DNA of 63,515 nt, filler included, from Reticulomyxa filosa (lineage: Eukaryota > Protista > Foraminifera), in the NCBI GenBank assembly GCA_000512085.1. It is 24 parts of 24 records of this genome, joined end to end, with 100 filler letters (N's around TTAATTAATTAA, not from the genome) between each part and the next. Parts side by side here need not be neighbours in the genome. Positions count along the whole stretch, not along the records: positions 36,837 to 41,889 come from ASPP01038208.1; positions 41,990 to 43,276 come from ASPP01012482.1; positions 43,377 to 44,607 come from ASPP01022520.1; positions 44,708 to 46,668 come from ASPP01026672.1; positions 46,769 to 48,206 come from ASPP01046340.1; positions 48,307 to 49,328 come from ASPP01048858.1; positions 49,429 to 51,353 come from ASPP01022255.1; 17 more parts are not named here. One strand, written 5' to 3'. Under the pieces are notes generated by a model. The model was not told the origin of the DNA. It ran no database searches and worked only from the letters and a program-made list of their open reading frames with translations. Below, one piece after another: positions 38,261 through 49,869 of the stretch. Numbering within the stretch: the stretch's first letter is position 1; each line of letters opens with the position of its first letter. A program made the position numbers and the translations under genes.

Positions 38261-39895
38261 TTGTATACACTTGTACATTGAAATATTTTTCAAAATTTTA
38301 AAATATTTTAATCTTTCACATGTTTTTGGTGATCTTAAGTTTGCAATCTGAAAAATAAATGCTCTTCAAAAGCTCAAAAATGTAATAAAAAAAACAGTGA
38401 AAATAGATATGTCAAATCATCCCATAATCGAGGAAAGTAAGGTGCAGATTTTACGCAAGATAAAGTGAATAATAAAATTGAAGATGTCTCCTATAAAACG
38501 TGTGACGTGAGCAAATTTTTGAAGCCGATGGATGATTTTTTCCCAGATTTTGCTCGAAATTTTTTTTGAACAAAGCAAATAGTTTTTCAAACCGATCTCT
38601 ACAAATAAAAGCAGCTAGAACGGACGAAAACAGAAATGGTATCTAGTAGTTGTGCAGGTATTAGATGTGATTTTTTTTTTTTGTTCCGTTCTTTTCACAT
38701 AAGGAGTTTCGAATCAGACACAATAATGCCTGAGAGTAACTTCTAACCTCAATGTTTTTTTGCTGAACAATAGGACTTATCAATGATGATACGTTGCCCC
38801 AATTGAAACGATGCATGTTCGAGTGCTTTGTATTTGCTCAAATATGTGCGGATATGTGTTTTTGCTCGGATGAGAGAAGTGTAATACGACATGATTTGTT
38901 GTTGTACACCCAATCAAATTATAAAAAAAAGAAAGAGATAAAAGAGTAGTGTCATTATGATGTCCCAACGGAAAAATCCGAAAACTGTTGACATATTGTG
39001 GCGCACTGGATTGATTGGAAATTTGATGTTTGTATTTTGCCACGGTGGAAATGAACACAAAAATAAAAAATATCAAATTAGTATTAATACCGGTGAAGAC
39101 TCGTATCGCTTTGTTATAAACGACCGGTTGGATTTCCTTGTGCGACTGAAGTTTGAAGTTTTCTGGTTTTATCAAACCTACCCTGAATTTTGCAAAAGAT
39201 ATGAATCGTTCCTTATAAAAACTCTTTCTCGTTCTCTTTTACCTTTTTTTTTAATTATTGTTGTATTCAAATAATCAAATTTGTAAAGGATTATAGATAT
39301 AAATATTACGTAAACTCTTTTTTCTTTTTTTTCACGTTGCAAACTCCACAAGCACACAAAAAAGACACATAAATCAACAAAACTGTTGACATTTACTGTG
39401 CGAGGGAATCACGTGTTAGCCCCAAATAGCTGGATATTGTAATTGCCTCTAATTTCAGTTGTAATCGGGGCGTTGGTTTATTTTGTTTACGATACATCAA
39501 AATAGAAAAGAAAGTAACTTTTGAGATTGTTAGGCTTAATTACGATTTCTAATTTTATGTGTAATATATTATGTAAACTTCAAATAAACAAAAGAGAAAA
39601 AAATTAAAAGATCTTAGTGTTCTTCTTTTTTTTTTTTGGAAAGTTAATGAAATTAAAAGTAAATAACTCTACTTGTTTTATTTTTTGTTCACTTGACTTT
39701 TTCAAATAAAACTTAATTTATTTTAGAACTGCTCGAGAACTATTTGCTCTTTCTCATGTATGATATCCTCTTGCAGTATTGAACAAAATATATAAAAGAG
39801 ATATCACTTGTCTAATGTTAAAAAAATTTCCTTCAAATTCAACAAAGCCAAAAAATTCTGGAAAGGGAAAGGTGTACAATAGATAATCTTATATC

Positions 39896-40958
39896 ATGTC
39901 AAAAGAAGAGGACAAATGTATTGAAGCAGCAGAGGATAAAGAGACAGAAGAAGAGTACCAAAACGCGTTGGTGGACAAGCATTATGAGAAGCGTTTGGCA
40001 GCTATCTGGAAACAACAAAGAGAGACACGCAAGATTTGGTACAGTCGACAGTTAATAGAGAAGCAACTGAAGCAATTGGAGAGCTTGAAAGCACAGCAGC
40101 AGCGAAGCAAAACAGATGCTAAACAACAGCAAAAGCCTTCGCATATGGAACATGCCATTGTCGTGGACGACCAAGACGTGTGCGCAACGTGTTCAGTTGT
40201 TTCGACGAGATCAGCAGATGCTAAATCACAGGACTGCAAAAAAGGGCTCGCTATGTCAAAAAAAAAGACGGTTTCAAAGTCCGTTCGAGTTGCGATGCGC
40301 TTTGACTCGTCCATTATTGTGCAGCCCTTTTATCAGGGTCCATTTTATTGGGAAAAACAGTTTGTTTTTTTAAAAAAAAGACATAAATATATGTACAAAT
40401 ATAACTGTGAACTTTTTTTTTTTTTAAGATATATTATCCGAATATGAACATTTGCGTCCAAAGCACTTGGCCGAAATGGAACAACAAGTGAGACAAATTC
40501 ATGTTCGAGTTTGATCGGTTGACGGCGCTGCGATTCAACAATACAAAGAAAACACACCACATCGCATGCGTGGCTGGATTCAAACGAAAGGGGAAGACGT
40601 GTTCAAACGATTCATTACCCGTCTAAATTTCTGCGGAAAAAGTATCGCAGTGTCAATTTGCTTAACAGCAAAGGGCTGGCCGACACGTATAATGATCAAC
40701 CTGCTCCCAATGTCTATAACAAAGAGAAACATAAGAAATACTATCAATTGAATAATAATAAAGATGTCTTTTGCCATTAAAAAAATCACTTGTGATGTGG
40801 CTGATATAGCCAAATTTACCAAGCAAGTGGGACAAAGACCACGGGCGAAAATGTGGAACATCGTGGTCGAGACCAATTCTGGCCCAAAAAGACTTCTTCG
40901 CAACCTTCGTTGCAGTCTTCTCGTCCATCCATTTCCAATAGGTAACATCAAAAATTAA
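39896..40958 (+). CDS. Hypothetical protein (coiled-coil N-terminus); second exon disrupted
   Basis: Clean exon 39896-40337 and intron to about 40428, then stops and frameshifts. May be a pseudogene. Confidence 0.45.
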
Positions 40959-41329
40959 ACATTCGATCCAAACAATTTCTTTGCTTCGAAAAAAGAGAAA
41001 TTTAAACCTACTTAATCCATTCCGCTTTTGTGTTGATTTTTGTTTGTTATTATTTTGAAATTGAATTACATTATTTTATTGTATATTATCATTGAATGCA
41101 TTTTTGTTGCATATTGCTGTGTCATTGCAATCTTTCAGTGATACAGCAAACAAACAAACAAAAAAAGTGACATAAACAACAATTGTACTAATTAGTTGAA
41201 TCTTGGACTTTTATTCGTAAGTAACAATCTTCTAATATAATTCTTACCATCTTTCATTACAAATTCTTATGCAACTAGTTACTAACTTAAAAAGTAATCC
41301 CAACAAACCCATTAATGCAACATTATCAA

Positions 41330-41850
41330 AATCAAACATTAAACTTGCTCATTTTGGTTTGAAACAGAGTTTGTTCATTAAATGTTCCGTCGTTGGCATT
41401 GAGATTCCATGTGTCCAACTCTCGCTCCAATGAGAGGCTACGCTCACTTGAGCCGTTGTCAACCATTTGACTGTGCCGTCCGTGGCATTGGCCGAAAATT
41501 CATTCAAACACGAGCCCGAACCGTTCCTTTTATATATGTATACATGTATTATATGCGTACATATTTTTTTATGTATAAATAAAATAAAATTATAAATGAT
41601 AAATGATAAATGATTATTAAAATAAACATGTTCGTCCTTGCAGCTATTTCAATACGATCATTCACTTGCAATTTTTCAATTTTTTTACTCCATTTTTCCT
41701 TTTGCAACTCCTTCTCTTTTTCTTTCAAAATCTTGCGTCGTCCCATTCGTTGAGTTTGACACCGACAAATTTTTCACCTTTACCACGGTATCTGACAACC
41801 TGAATCCTAAACGATTTCAATCCGAAGTGTTCTTACAAAATAATACGTCC
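41330..41850 (-). pseudogene. Tandem CAP-Gly domain gene remnant
   Basis: VVRYRGKGEKFVGVKLNEWD, KLQVNDRIEI and ELDTWNLNANDGTFNEQTLFQT match CAP-Gly pieces (G-x-VRY-x-G...GVELD...DG...YF), split over frames with stops. Confidence 0.6.
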
Positions 41851-41989
41851 CTCCCAAAAAAAAATAATGTGTTTTTTTGACAAGCTATTNNNNNNNNNNN
41901 NNNNNNNNNNNNNNNNNNNNNNNNNNNNNNNNNTTAATTAATTAANNNNNNNNNNNNNNNNNNNNNNNNNNNNNNNNNNNNNNNNNNNN

Positions 41990-42886
41990 TCGGCCAGCCA
42001 GCGGAAGGTAAAACAGCTGCCGTCGCCGGGCTGGCTTTTCCACCAGGATGTCGCCGTTCATCGCCAGCGCCAGCCGCCGGCTGATGGCCAGCCCCACGCC
42101 GGTACCGCCATGGCGACGGGTGGGCGAGCTGTCAGCCATCTCGAAGGCCTTGAACAAGCGGTCAAGCTGTTGCTGGCTCATGCCGATGCCGGTGTCGCGC
42201 ACGGCAATCTGCCAGCTCGCCCGGCCATCCGGCTGTTTCTGCAACGACACCAGCACGCTGATCTGGCCTTCCTCGGTGAACTTCAGCGCGTTGGACAACA
42301 GGTTGCCCAGCACCTGGCGGAGGCGGTCGGCGTCACCACGCAGCCACGGCAGCGCCTCCGGCCGGTCCAGCCACAGGCTAAGCCCCTTGGCATTGGCGCG
42401 GGTACGGTATTGCGCCGCCAGGCCATCCAGCAGCGCCAGCATGTCCACCTCGTCGTGGCGCAGGGAAAGGTTGCCGTTCTCGATGGCCGACAGGTCCAGA
42501 ATGTCCTTGATCAGCACCATCTGCGCTTCGGCACTTTCCTGCAGCGTGTGCAGCAGGTCGCGCTGGGCCGCCGACAACGGCGTGGCGGCCAACAGTTCGG
42601 CCATGCCCATCACCCCGTTCATCGGCGTGCGCAGCTCGTGACTCATCACCGCCAGAAACTCGGTCTTGGCCCGCACGCCGGCTTCGGCCAATGCCAGCGC
42701 CTGGCTCAGCTCCAGCGTACGCTCGGCCACCTTGTCTTCCAGCACCCTGGCCGCGTCGGCCAGCTCGCAGTTGGCGGTATACAGTTCCAGGCTTTTGGCT
42801 TCCAGCAGGCGTTCGGCTTCCTGCCGCGCCAGCTTTTCCCGCGCCAACCGCTTTTCCAGACGCGGGATGATGTCTTCGTCGCTCAT
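41990..42886 (-). CDS. Bacterial sensor histidine kinase (HisKA + HATPase_c, hybrid-type), H-NOX-associated, 3' truncated
   Basis: FLAVMSHELRTPMNGVMGM H-box, QVLGNLLSNALKFT N-box, DTGIG G1, GGTGVGL G2. No TM segments; N-terminal coiled coil. An extra base in the run at 42036-42039 shifts the expected VESQPGDGSCFTF. Confidence 0.95.
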
Positions 42887-43276
42887 GTTTTTTCCAGCAC
42901 AAAACGCACCACCTTGCCATCGGCGTCCAGTGGCTCGCGCAGCAGGCTGACACGCCCTTGCTCGTCATAATGCGTAATGGCGCCATCGATCAGCCCCACC
43001 GCCAGGTCGGCCAGGCAACGCGGCGAACGGTACACCACCACCAGGCGCTGCGCGGTATGCGCCTCGACGTCGAACGACGGCAACTCGGCGTCCGGGTACA
43101 GCTTGCGCACTTCGGTATGGATAACCTGCTCGATGTGGCTGACCAGCTGGATAGTGCTGTCGCAAGCGTTGATGAAAGCGGGGTACAGCACGAAGAAGCG
43201 GCCAAACAGGTACTGGCCGAAGGCGTGGATCAGCACCGGCACCTCGATACCGCTACGCTTGGACAGCGCCACGATC
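42883..43276 (-). CDS. hnoX: Bacterial H-NOX (heme-NO binding, HNOB) protein, 5' truncated
   Basis: Proximal His in IHTEVRKLYP, conserved Pro in ELPSF, Y-x-S-x-R motif (YRSPR) and GLIDG. Its stop overlaps the kinase start (ATGA at 42883-42886). Confidence 0.93.
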
Positions 43277-43376
43277 NNNNNNNNNNNNNNNNNNNNNNNN
43301 NNNNNNNNNNNNNNNNNNNNTTAATTAATTAANNNNNNNNNNNNNNNNNNNNNNNNNNNNNNNNNNNNNNNNNNNN

Positions 43377-44098
43377 TAGTGTATTTGATTTAAATACATT
43401 TCAATTTATTAAACACGATAATTTGCCAACTAATAATGAAATTTATTATCATTGCTTTGTATTAAATTTAGAAAATGAACAAATACAAGAAATGGTGAAA
43501 ATAAATAAACGAAATCAAATGCTGTTATTCTGTAGAAATACAGGATTATCAATTAAATATGATGAATATAAAAACGATTTTCAATTTCATAAACTACCTG
43601 TTCATCGTGATATTACACAATTCTATGCATATGCATATGTGTGTATTAATGGTATTGTCTTGTTTTTTGGTGGATGGAATGGTGAATATGGTACTAATGA
43701 TATTATTTTAAAATCAGTGCATAAGTACTCGATTCAAGAAAACATGTGGACGACATTTGAACATACTTTAACCAGTCCATTGCACCATTGTTTTGCAATA
43801 TTTAATGAAAATAATTATATACACATTATTGGAGGAGAAGGCGAAAATGTAACAGTATCAACTCACGTGAAGACAAAAGTGCGTGTATGGGATTCTAAAT
43901 CATTGGTAATAATTTGTTTATTTATTTTGATGAAACACAAATAAATTTGATTGTATGAAACTGGATCAATAAATAATAAATAATAAACAGTTAAAAAATG
44001 AAATAATATTTATTATTCAATATTGGGCCCGAACTTTAAAGATAAAATTAGGATGGATATATGATTTTGATAAAATTATTATAAAATATATTGGATGA
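43377..44098 (+). CDS. Kelch-like beta-propeller protein with C-terminal 'NEIIFIIQYWARTLKIKLGWIYDFDKIIIKY' box, 5' partial
   Basis: VLFFGGWN, VHKYSIQENMWTTF and IHIIGG. Intron 43906-43990. Last exon 43991-44098 ends in TGA. Confidence 0.85.
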
Positions 44099-44430
44099 AA
44101 TAAATTTTGAAATTCTAAAAATCTTTTTAAATATAGTTTTGATTTTTATTATCAGATTGCTGATAAAATCCATTTTTAAGTATTTTTTTGTTGATAAATA
44201 TTTATTTTCCACAAAACAAGACCAAGTCTTAGTTCTTTGTAACACAGATTTTATTTATATGCATTGCTGCGAAATTTTCAAAAATCGTGTAAAAAAACAT
44301 TGATTTTGGCCAATATTGAATATAAATTATTTTGAAACTCATTTCAAATAATTCCAACCAATAATTTACTAGTCATTTCCAGACTGGATCATTTCTCTTC
44401 AAAATTACTTTTTTTTGTAAATATGCAAAA

Positions 44431-44607
44431 TACAGTATGTTGCAAAGAAAACTGAACGCATAAAACATATCTTATGATGATAATTGATTTTCTCAATGAA
44501 AAATCAACATTTAGACCTAATTTTTTTTTTAAAAATATCTACAAGTCTTGTAGTTTTTAAATATGATATTGATTTTTTAATAACTTTTTTTTTTGTTGGA
44601 TGAAATC
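44431..44607 (+). mobile_element. Terminus/TIR of a TA-flanked pogo/Tigger-like DNA transposon
   Basis: TA|CAGTATGTTGCAAAGAAAACTG... This stretch is a near-identical reverse complement of 60042-60219, and similarity stops at the TA. Confidence 0.75.
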
Positions 44608-44713
44608 NNNNNNNNNNNNNNNNNNNNNNNNNNNNNNNNNNNNNNNNNNNNTTAATTAATTAANNNNNNNNNNNNNNNNNNNNNNNNNNNNNNNNNNNNN
44701 NNNNNNNTTAGTG

Positions 44714-44796
<83 letters not shown>

Positions 44797-44806
44797 TATT
44801 ATTATT
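44714..44806. repeat. (ATT)n microsatellite
   Basis: About 30 units, visible directly at the contig start. Confidence 0.95.
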
Positions 44807-44898
44807 GTGGTTGTGATGGCTGTTATGATTGTGATGGCTATCAATCCAACAAAGTCGCGACTATGGTGATAAGCAACAATAGTGCATCAGTATGTTGC

Positions 44899-44914
44899 TT
44901 AGATGAAATACAAG

Positions 44915-44945
<31 letters not shown>

Positions 44946-45960
44946 ATACAATGTAATGGTAACAAACGTGTAGATTGTTGACAATGATGGGTTCAATTCG
45001 ATAATATTGGATATGCTTGTGATCATTACTACTACTACTACTACTACTACTACCACTACTATGGTGTTGCGGAACTGCTTCGACGCCGTTGATTCTTCGC
45101 AGCCTTGTCTCTGTGACCCCATAGCAATGGCTGTGCTCCATTCCGAATATCTCCTTCAGGCCCTGTTGGATCTCTTCGTACGTCTGTCCCTCTTTGTTGA
45201 ACTTTCGCGACAGAAATACATTCATCACACGGTCGTGTGCCGGCTATTCACTCCCACCCATCCCATCAGCAAAGCAGTCCCATTTCCAAGACACTAATAT
45301 ATGCTCTGTTCTTACTTGAAGAAATCGAGGAAGAGATAGAAAAAGGGGCCTTTTTTTTTTTTTGGGTTCAAATGTAATCAATTAACTATTTTAGAAGACA
45401 TGAATGAAGGAAGTGAAAAGTGAACGCCAAGACATTCATTGTTACTACAATACATTCCTTCACAACATTGATCTGTTACCTATTGGTTTCGAATCCTCCC
45501 ATTTCTTGTTTGGTACAATTATAATCGTATACTTCTTTTTTTTTTTTTTTTTTGGTTTTCTTACTTAACATCGACCATACATTGCAACTTGTTGTCCTAT
45601 CTTACACATTTATTTGTTGTTGTGTTTTTGTTTTTTTACTCCCTTGGCTCAAAACAAATAATAATAATATATACAACTCCTTTTTCCTTCTAAAAAATAC
45701 ACAGAACTTTCTCAAGACTCAACTGAACAATTCAAAAATGGATATTCTTGAATTCTTCACGTGACGGAGGATTGCTGTGATACTTTTTCTTCCACTTGTC
45801 TACAAACACCGACCAGGAAAATCCTGATGAAAACGTTTCAAAAGTTGTGCCATTCGAAAATAATTGCAAAGCCCTTTCGCCGGCATTGGAAGCAAGCAAA
45901 GTCCGTAATGGTGGTCCATGATTCATCTTTTTTATCTTAATAAAACATTCCTCATCCCTT
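44899..45960 (-). CDS. Hypothetical multi-exon protein or pseudogene with poly-Ser tract
   Basis: Coding-like exons separated by homopolymer-rich introns. No domain recognised; structure uncertain. Confidence 0.3.
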
Positions 45961-47573
45961 TTTTTAAAAAAAAATTCTTCTTCTCACGATGAAACAGCAA
46001 AACAAGTTGAAAATCATGTTGCCATTATCAAGTCCTTTTTGTTAACTACTTTTTTGATAATCCAATGGATTTAGTTGCTGTGTGTTGTTTTGCTTTCATC
46101 ATTGTGGACCAAGTCAAAATAAAGTGGGGGTCAAGATTATTCCATTAAGTAAGTCGGCCAATAGCAGTTACCAGAAAACTAACAAACACATTGCAGCATT
46201 TAAAAAATTGCCCAATTGTTGTACCAAGAAATGAAGTTTGAGAAATGTTCATCAAACGGTTGAAAAAAAGCACAACCACCACATTGACTAGTGACCACGA
46301 TATGAATAATTTATAGTAGAAATCAAATTTTTTTTTTTTTGTCAACAAATTCTTGTTCTTAATGCATCAATTCCCCCAAACAAAAAGCGTCAGACTAAGG
46401 TTGTTTGAAAATGCAAACAACAAGCTCCTTTTTGTTGTTGAGTTTTCAACAACGTATAATATTGATTATTGGTGAACATGTGAAAACAATAGGAAATTGA
46501 CAAAAAAAAAAATAAAAAAATAAAAAAAAAAAAACAAGTAAAACAAGTATTGTATTTTCTTTTTCATGTGGTCCAGGTTCACCACTGAGCTTCCTGTGAC
46601 GCTAACTGCACTAATAAAAAAAAAAAACAAAGGAAAAGAGAAAGAGTCAAACCCAATGACAGTTGATCNNNNNNNNNNNNNNNNNNNNNNNNNNNNNNNN
46701 NNNNNNNNNNNNTTAATTAATTAANNNNNNNNNNNNNNNNNNNNNNNNNNNNNNNNNNNNNNNNNNNNTTAACTCATTTAAGTTGGAAGTTGCACAAATT
46801 TCCATTAATTTCGCTTCTGTGTCATAAAAAATTTGATTGTGATTTTTCCATGTTTGTGATATTGTTGTTTTTTCAAATATATCGCCAAATCGTTTGAATA
46901 AAAGCATTAAATAATGTTGTTGTTGTAAATTAGTCCTGTATTAAAATGTGTGAAACAATAATTTGTTAAAATAAAGAGAAAAGAAGACATATAAAAATGT
47001 ATTATTACGTGTTCTCTGTTAGCCATGTTAAGAGATCTTTTGCCTTTTCAACATTTTGATCAAAATATTGCAATGCATCTGAAATGATCTCTTCACTTAT
47101 CTTGAGAAACGTTTTTTGAAGTTGTGCAAACATGATGGTATAATTTCAAAACAAATCCTTCAATTGAACTAGAAAATTTTTGTGACAACAATTCTAATTT
47201 TTTGTTTTGTATTAGATATCAAAATAATTGTTCGTGTAAAAAAGTAAAAGAGATTTGCATAATTTTATTTGAAAGTAATTAAAATAAATCATTTAACAAA
47301 AAAAATTCTTGTCCAATTACTAGGAGATGATGGACAATTGGAAAAATCACTTTCACAAGCACAAAAGTATTGCGTTACATGTTTGCAAGCAAAAAAATTT
47401 ATCTATGTTTATTCAAAACTGTTATTATTTTCATTATCGCTTTTTGCTTAATTTACACTCAAGCTGTTTTAATTTGATTGCATGAAGTGACTCAAACATT
47501 TACAATGTTAGATCATATCGAATTACCACCAAAAAAAAATGTCCCAAATACATATTCCCTTTTTTTTTTAACT

Positions 47574-48131
47574 TTACATAGACTTTCTTTGCTGAAAAAT
47601 GATGTCATAATCTGAGGTGTCTTGACTTTCCATACAATACCATTCACTACTTTTATTTTTGCGGATTTCTGTTTTAATGTCTTGCAGCATTTGCTTGAAT
47701 GGACGACCATTTTTATATTTTGATGTCACAACATTTTTCATGCATTACTCAATAATGACAGATCAGCTACTCGATGCTTTTGTAGTTGCCAAACCATCAA
47801 AAATCCATCGTCGTTATGTTCATGTAGTATTTCATTTCCTCGCATTGCAAGTTCGTAAGATTTTGGGGCATTTTCGCCACAATAAACATCAATAATAAAT
47901 ATTCGAAAAATCTTTAAATGCATCCATTTTATAGCAATTAAATGACATACGCATTTGGTCAATTGATACAAATTTTTCATCACTTCACCAATATATTTCC
48001 ATTTTCTCCATGTCCACAAATATATAATTATTCCATCATATTTACTAGTGTTTTTGCGAAGTTTGAAATTAAATTTTACTTGATCAATGAACTTATCGAC
48101 ATAATCTTTTGTCATTTTTGGATATGGATTA
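47574..48131 (-). pseudogene. Caspase-like (peptidase C14) pseudogene
   Basis: YDGIII-x-CGHGENG (catalytic His, 48007-48018) and KIFxIFIIDVYCGE, where the expected D-x-CRG Cys reads Tyr (47876-47890). Several frameshifts. Cut at its 5' side by a transposon end at TA 48132-48133. Confidence 0.8.
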
Positions 48132-48206
48132 TACAGTAGATTGCAAAAAAAACCGCCATACGTAAATGGCACTATATAAAGAGAATCGATTTTCTCCATG
48201 AAAAAT
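48132..48206 (+). mobile_element. Terminus of the same pogo-like transposon family, inserted in the caspase-like gene
   Basis: TA|CAGTAGATTGCAAAAAAAAC...GATTTTCTCCATGAAAAAT aligns with 44431-44505. Confidence 0.7.
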
Positions 48207-48399
48207 NNNNNNNNNNNNNNNNNNNNNNNNNNNNNNNNNNNNNNNNNNNNTTAATTAATTAANNNNNNNNNNNNNNNNNNNNNNNNNNNNNNNNNNNNNN
48301 NNNNNNCAACAACATTAGCTTTTACTTGCACACTAAATCGTGGAATATAGCATCAGCAACATATTGAAACAATTGACAAATGAGTAAACGAGGACATGG

Positions 48400-49325
48400 A
48401 CTGCGTTTTGTCATCATCATTACAAGCATCACTGGCGCTGCGCTTGATATTTATACCAGGAAAGAAGCTTCTATGGAGCGCACTATGAAATTAGTCCATG
48501 CAAGAGCGCACAAAGCCACCATTTGCGGGTGTGAATAGCCATTTGATAACTGAAGTTGACAGACGGTCTTTTTTTATTTTTTAAAATAAATCCAACGCGG
48601 TATCTTCGGAATCTTCTTTCTTATTCATCCATCTCATATCTTCCTCTTCTTGTTTGCTGGTGATGTTGGCTTGAGTTTCGCAAAACTCATCCATCAAATT
48701 TAGCAACGACATCGGAGTATAGTTCAATATGAGAGTTGCTTACTCGATCACATTACCGTATGTCCATTCAACAATTTTTGAATTGATAATCAGATGAGTG
48801 AAGGTATTGTTTGTATTTCCTTTTTTAAACGTATTCGTTCTTGCGATCCCGAAACAGTCAGAAAATGCAATAATATCTATATATTCAACAATTATCAATG
48901 CTCAATGTCGCATGCAAGCTTACAATTCCTCCAATCAGCACGCACATCATTCAAAATACAAATTTGGGCATGTACGCACACAACCAGTTTCGATTATTGT
49001 CTTGAATTTACAAAATTAGCACTATTTCCATAACGACCGAGTTTCCCTTGCTCATTGGCTCCCGGTATATCGCAGGTGGACACAATATTTGCGGATAATT
49101 CTTGGCATGACAAAGCGTCAGAAACTTGTGTCTGCATATGTCAATGGCAAACAAGTTTTTTCCAAATACTTCGGGTTAATACTTTTAGACATTGCCATAT
49201 TCGTTCAATACTTTCGCGATTGACGACTTTGCGCGTTTCCAAACGTAAAGAGCCATTTCATAATTAAAGTCAAGTAAGCCGGCTGCTGATTGTTTTTGTT
49301 TTTGTTTTTTCCTTTTAAACAAATT
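48400..49325 (-). repeat. Decayed copy of a dispersed repeat with Cys/His-rich (gag-knuckle-like) remnants
   Basis: Colinear DNA similarity to 49870-51205 (e.g. 'gcatcactggc', 'caaagccacca', 'gtgtgaatagccattt', 'aaatccaacgcg', 'tttgcggataatt'). Confidence 0.65.
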
Positions 49326-49869
49326 ATCNNNNNNNNNNNNNNNNNNNNNNNNNNNNNNNNNNNNNNNNNNNNTTAATTAATTAANNNNNNNNNNNNNNNN
49401 NNNNNNNNNNNNNNNNNNNNNNNNNNNNGTACATATATTTAAAAAAAAATGTATATATAAAAAACTTTTTTAAGTAATGGACACAAACACAATTACAACG
49501 GCAGGTGACGCGAACTTGAAACAGGTACATACAACCAAATGCTGTGTGGAAAAGGAGATGGGAGGAGTCTAGACTGCTGGTATAAAATGTTGTTCATGTG
49601 TTCACACAGCAGGATCCAGCACCACCAACACACTACCAATATCCACAATTTTTCTTGATTCGCTAAATAATGAAACGACTTTTGAATAATCGATCCAATT
49701 ATCGGCTGACACAATATGGTTACTTTTTGAAACAAATGTGCAATAGAATTACGCATCAAATCAAATCGTAGAATAAAGCAGCAGTACCCAAATATATTGC
49801 CGAATACAATACCAGTCCGATGGATTAAAATAATTGGCAAAAAAATAAAAGTGAACCTTGACTGTGTTT

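Noticed and set aside
41990-43276. Horizontal transfer of H-NOX/kinase into the protist, and plus-strand ORFs 42048-42641 and 42110-42970
   Set aside because: The contig is bounded by linkers with no host flank. The plus-strand ORFs are antisense shadows typical of GC-rich genes.
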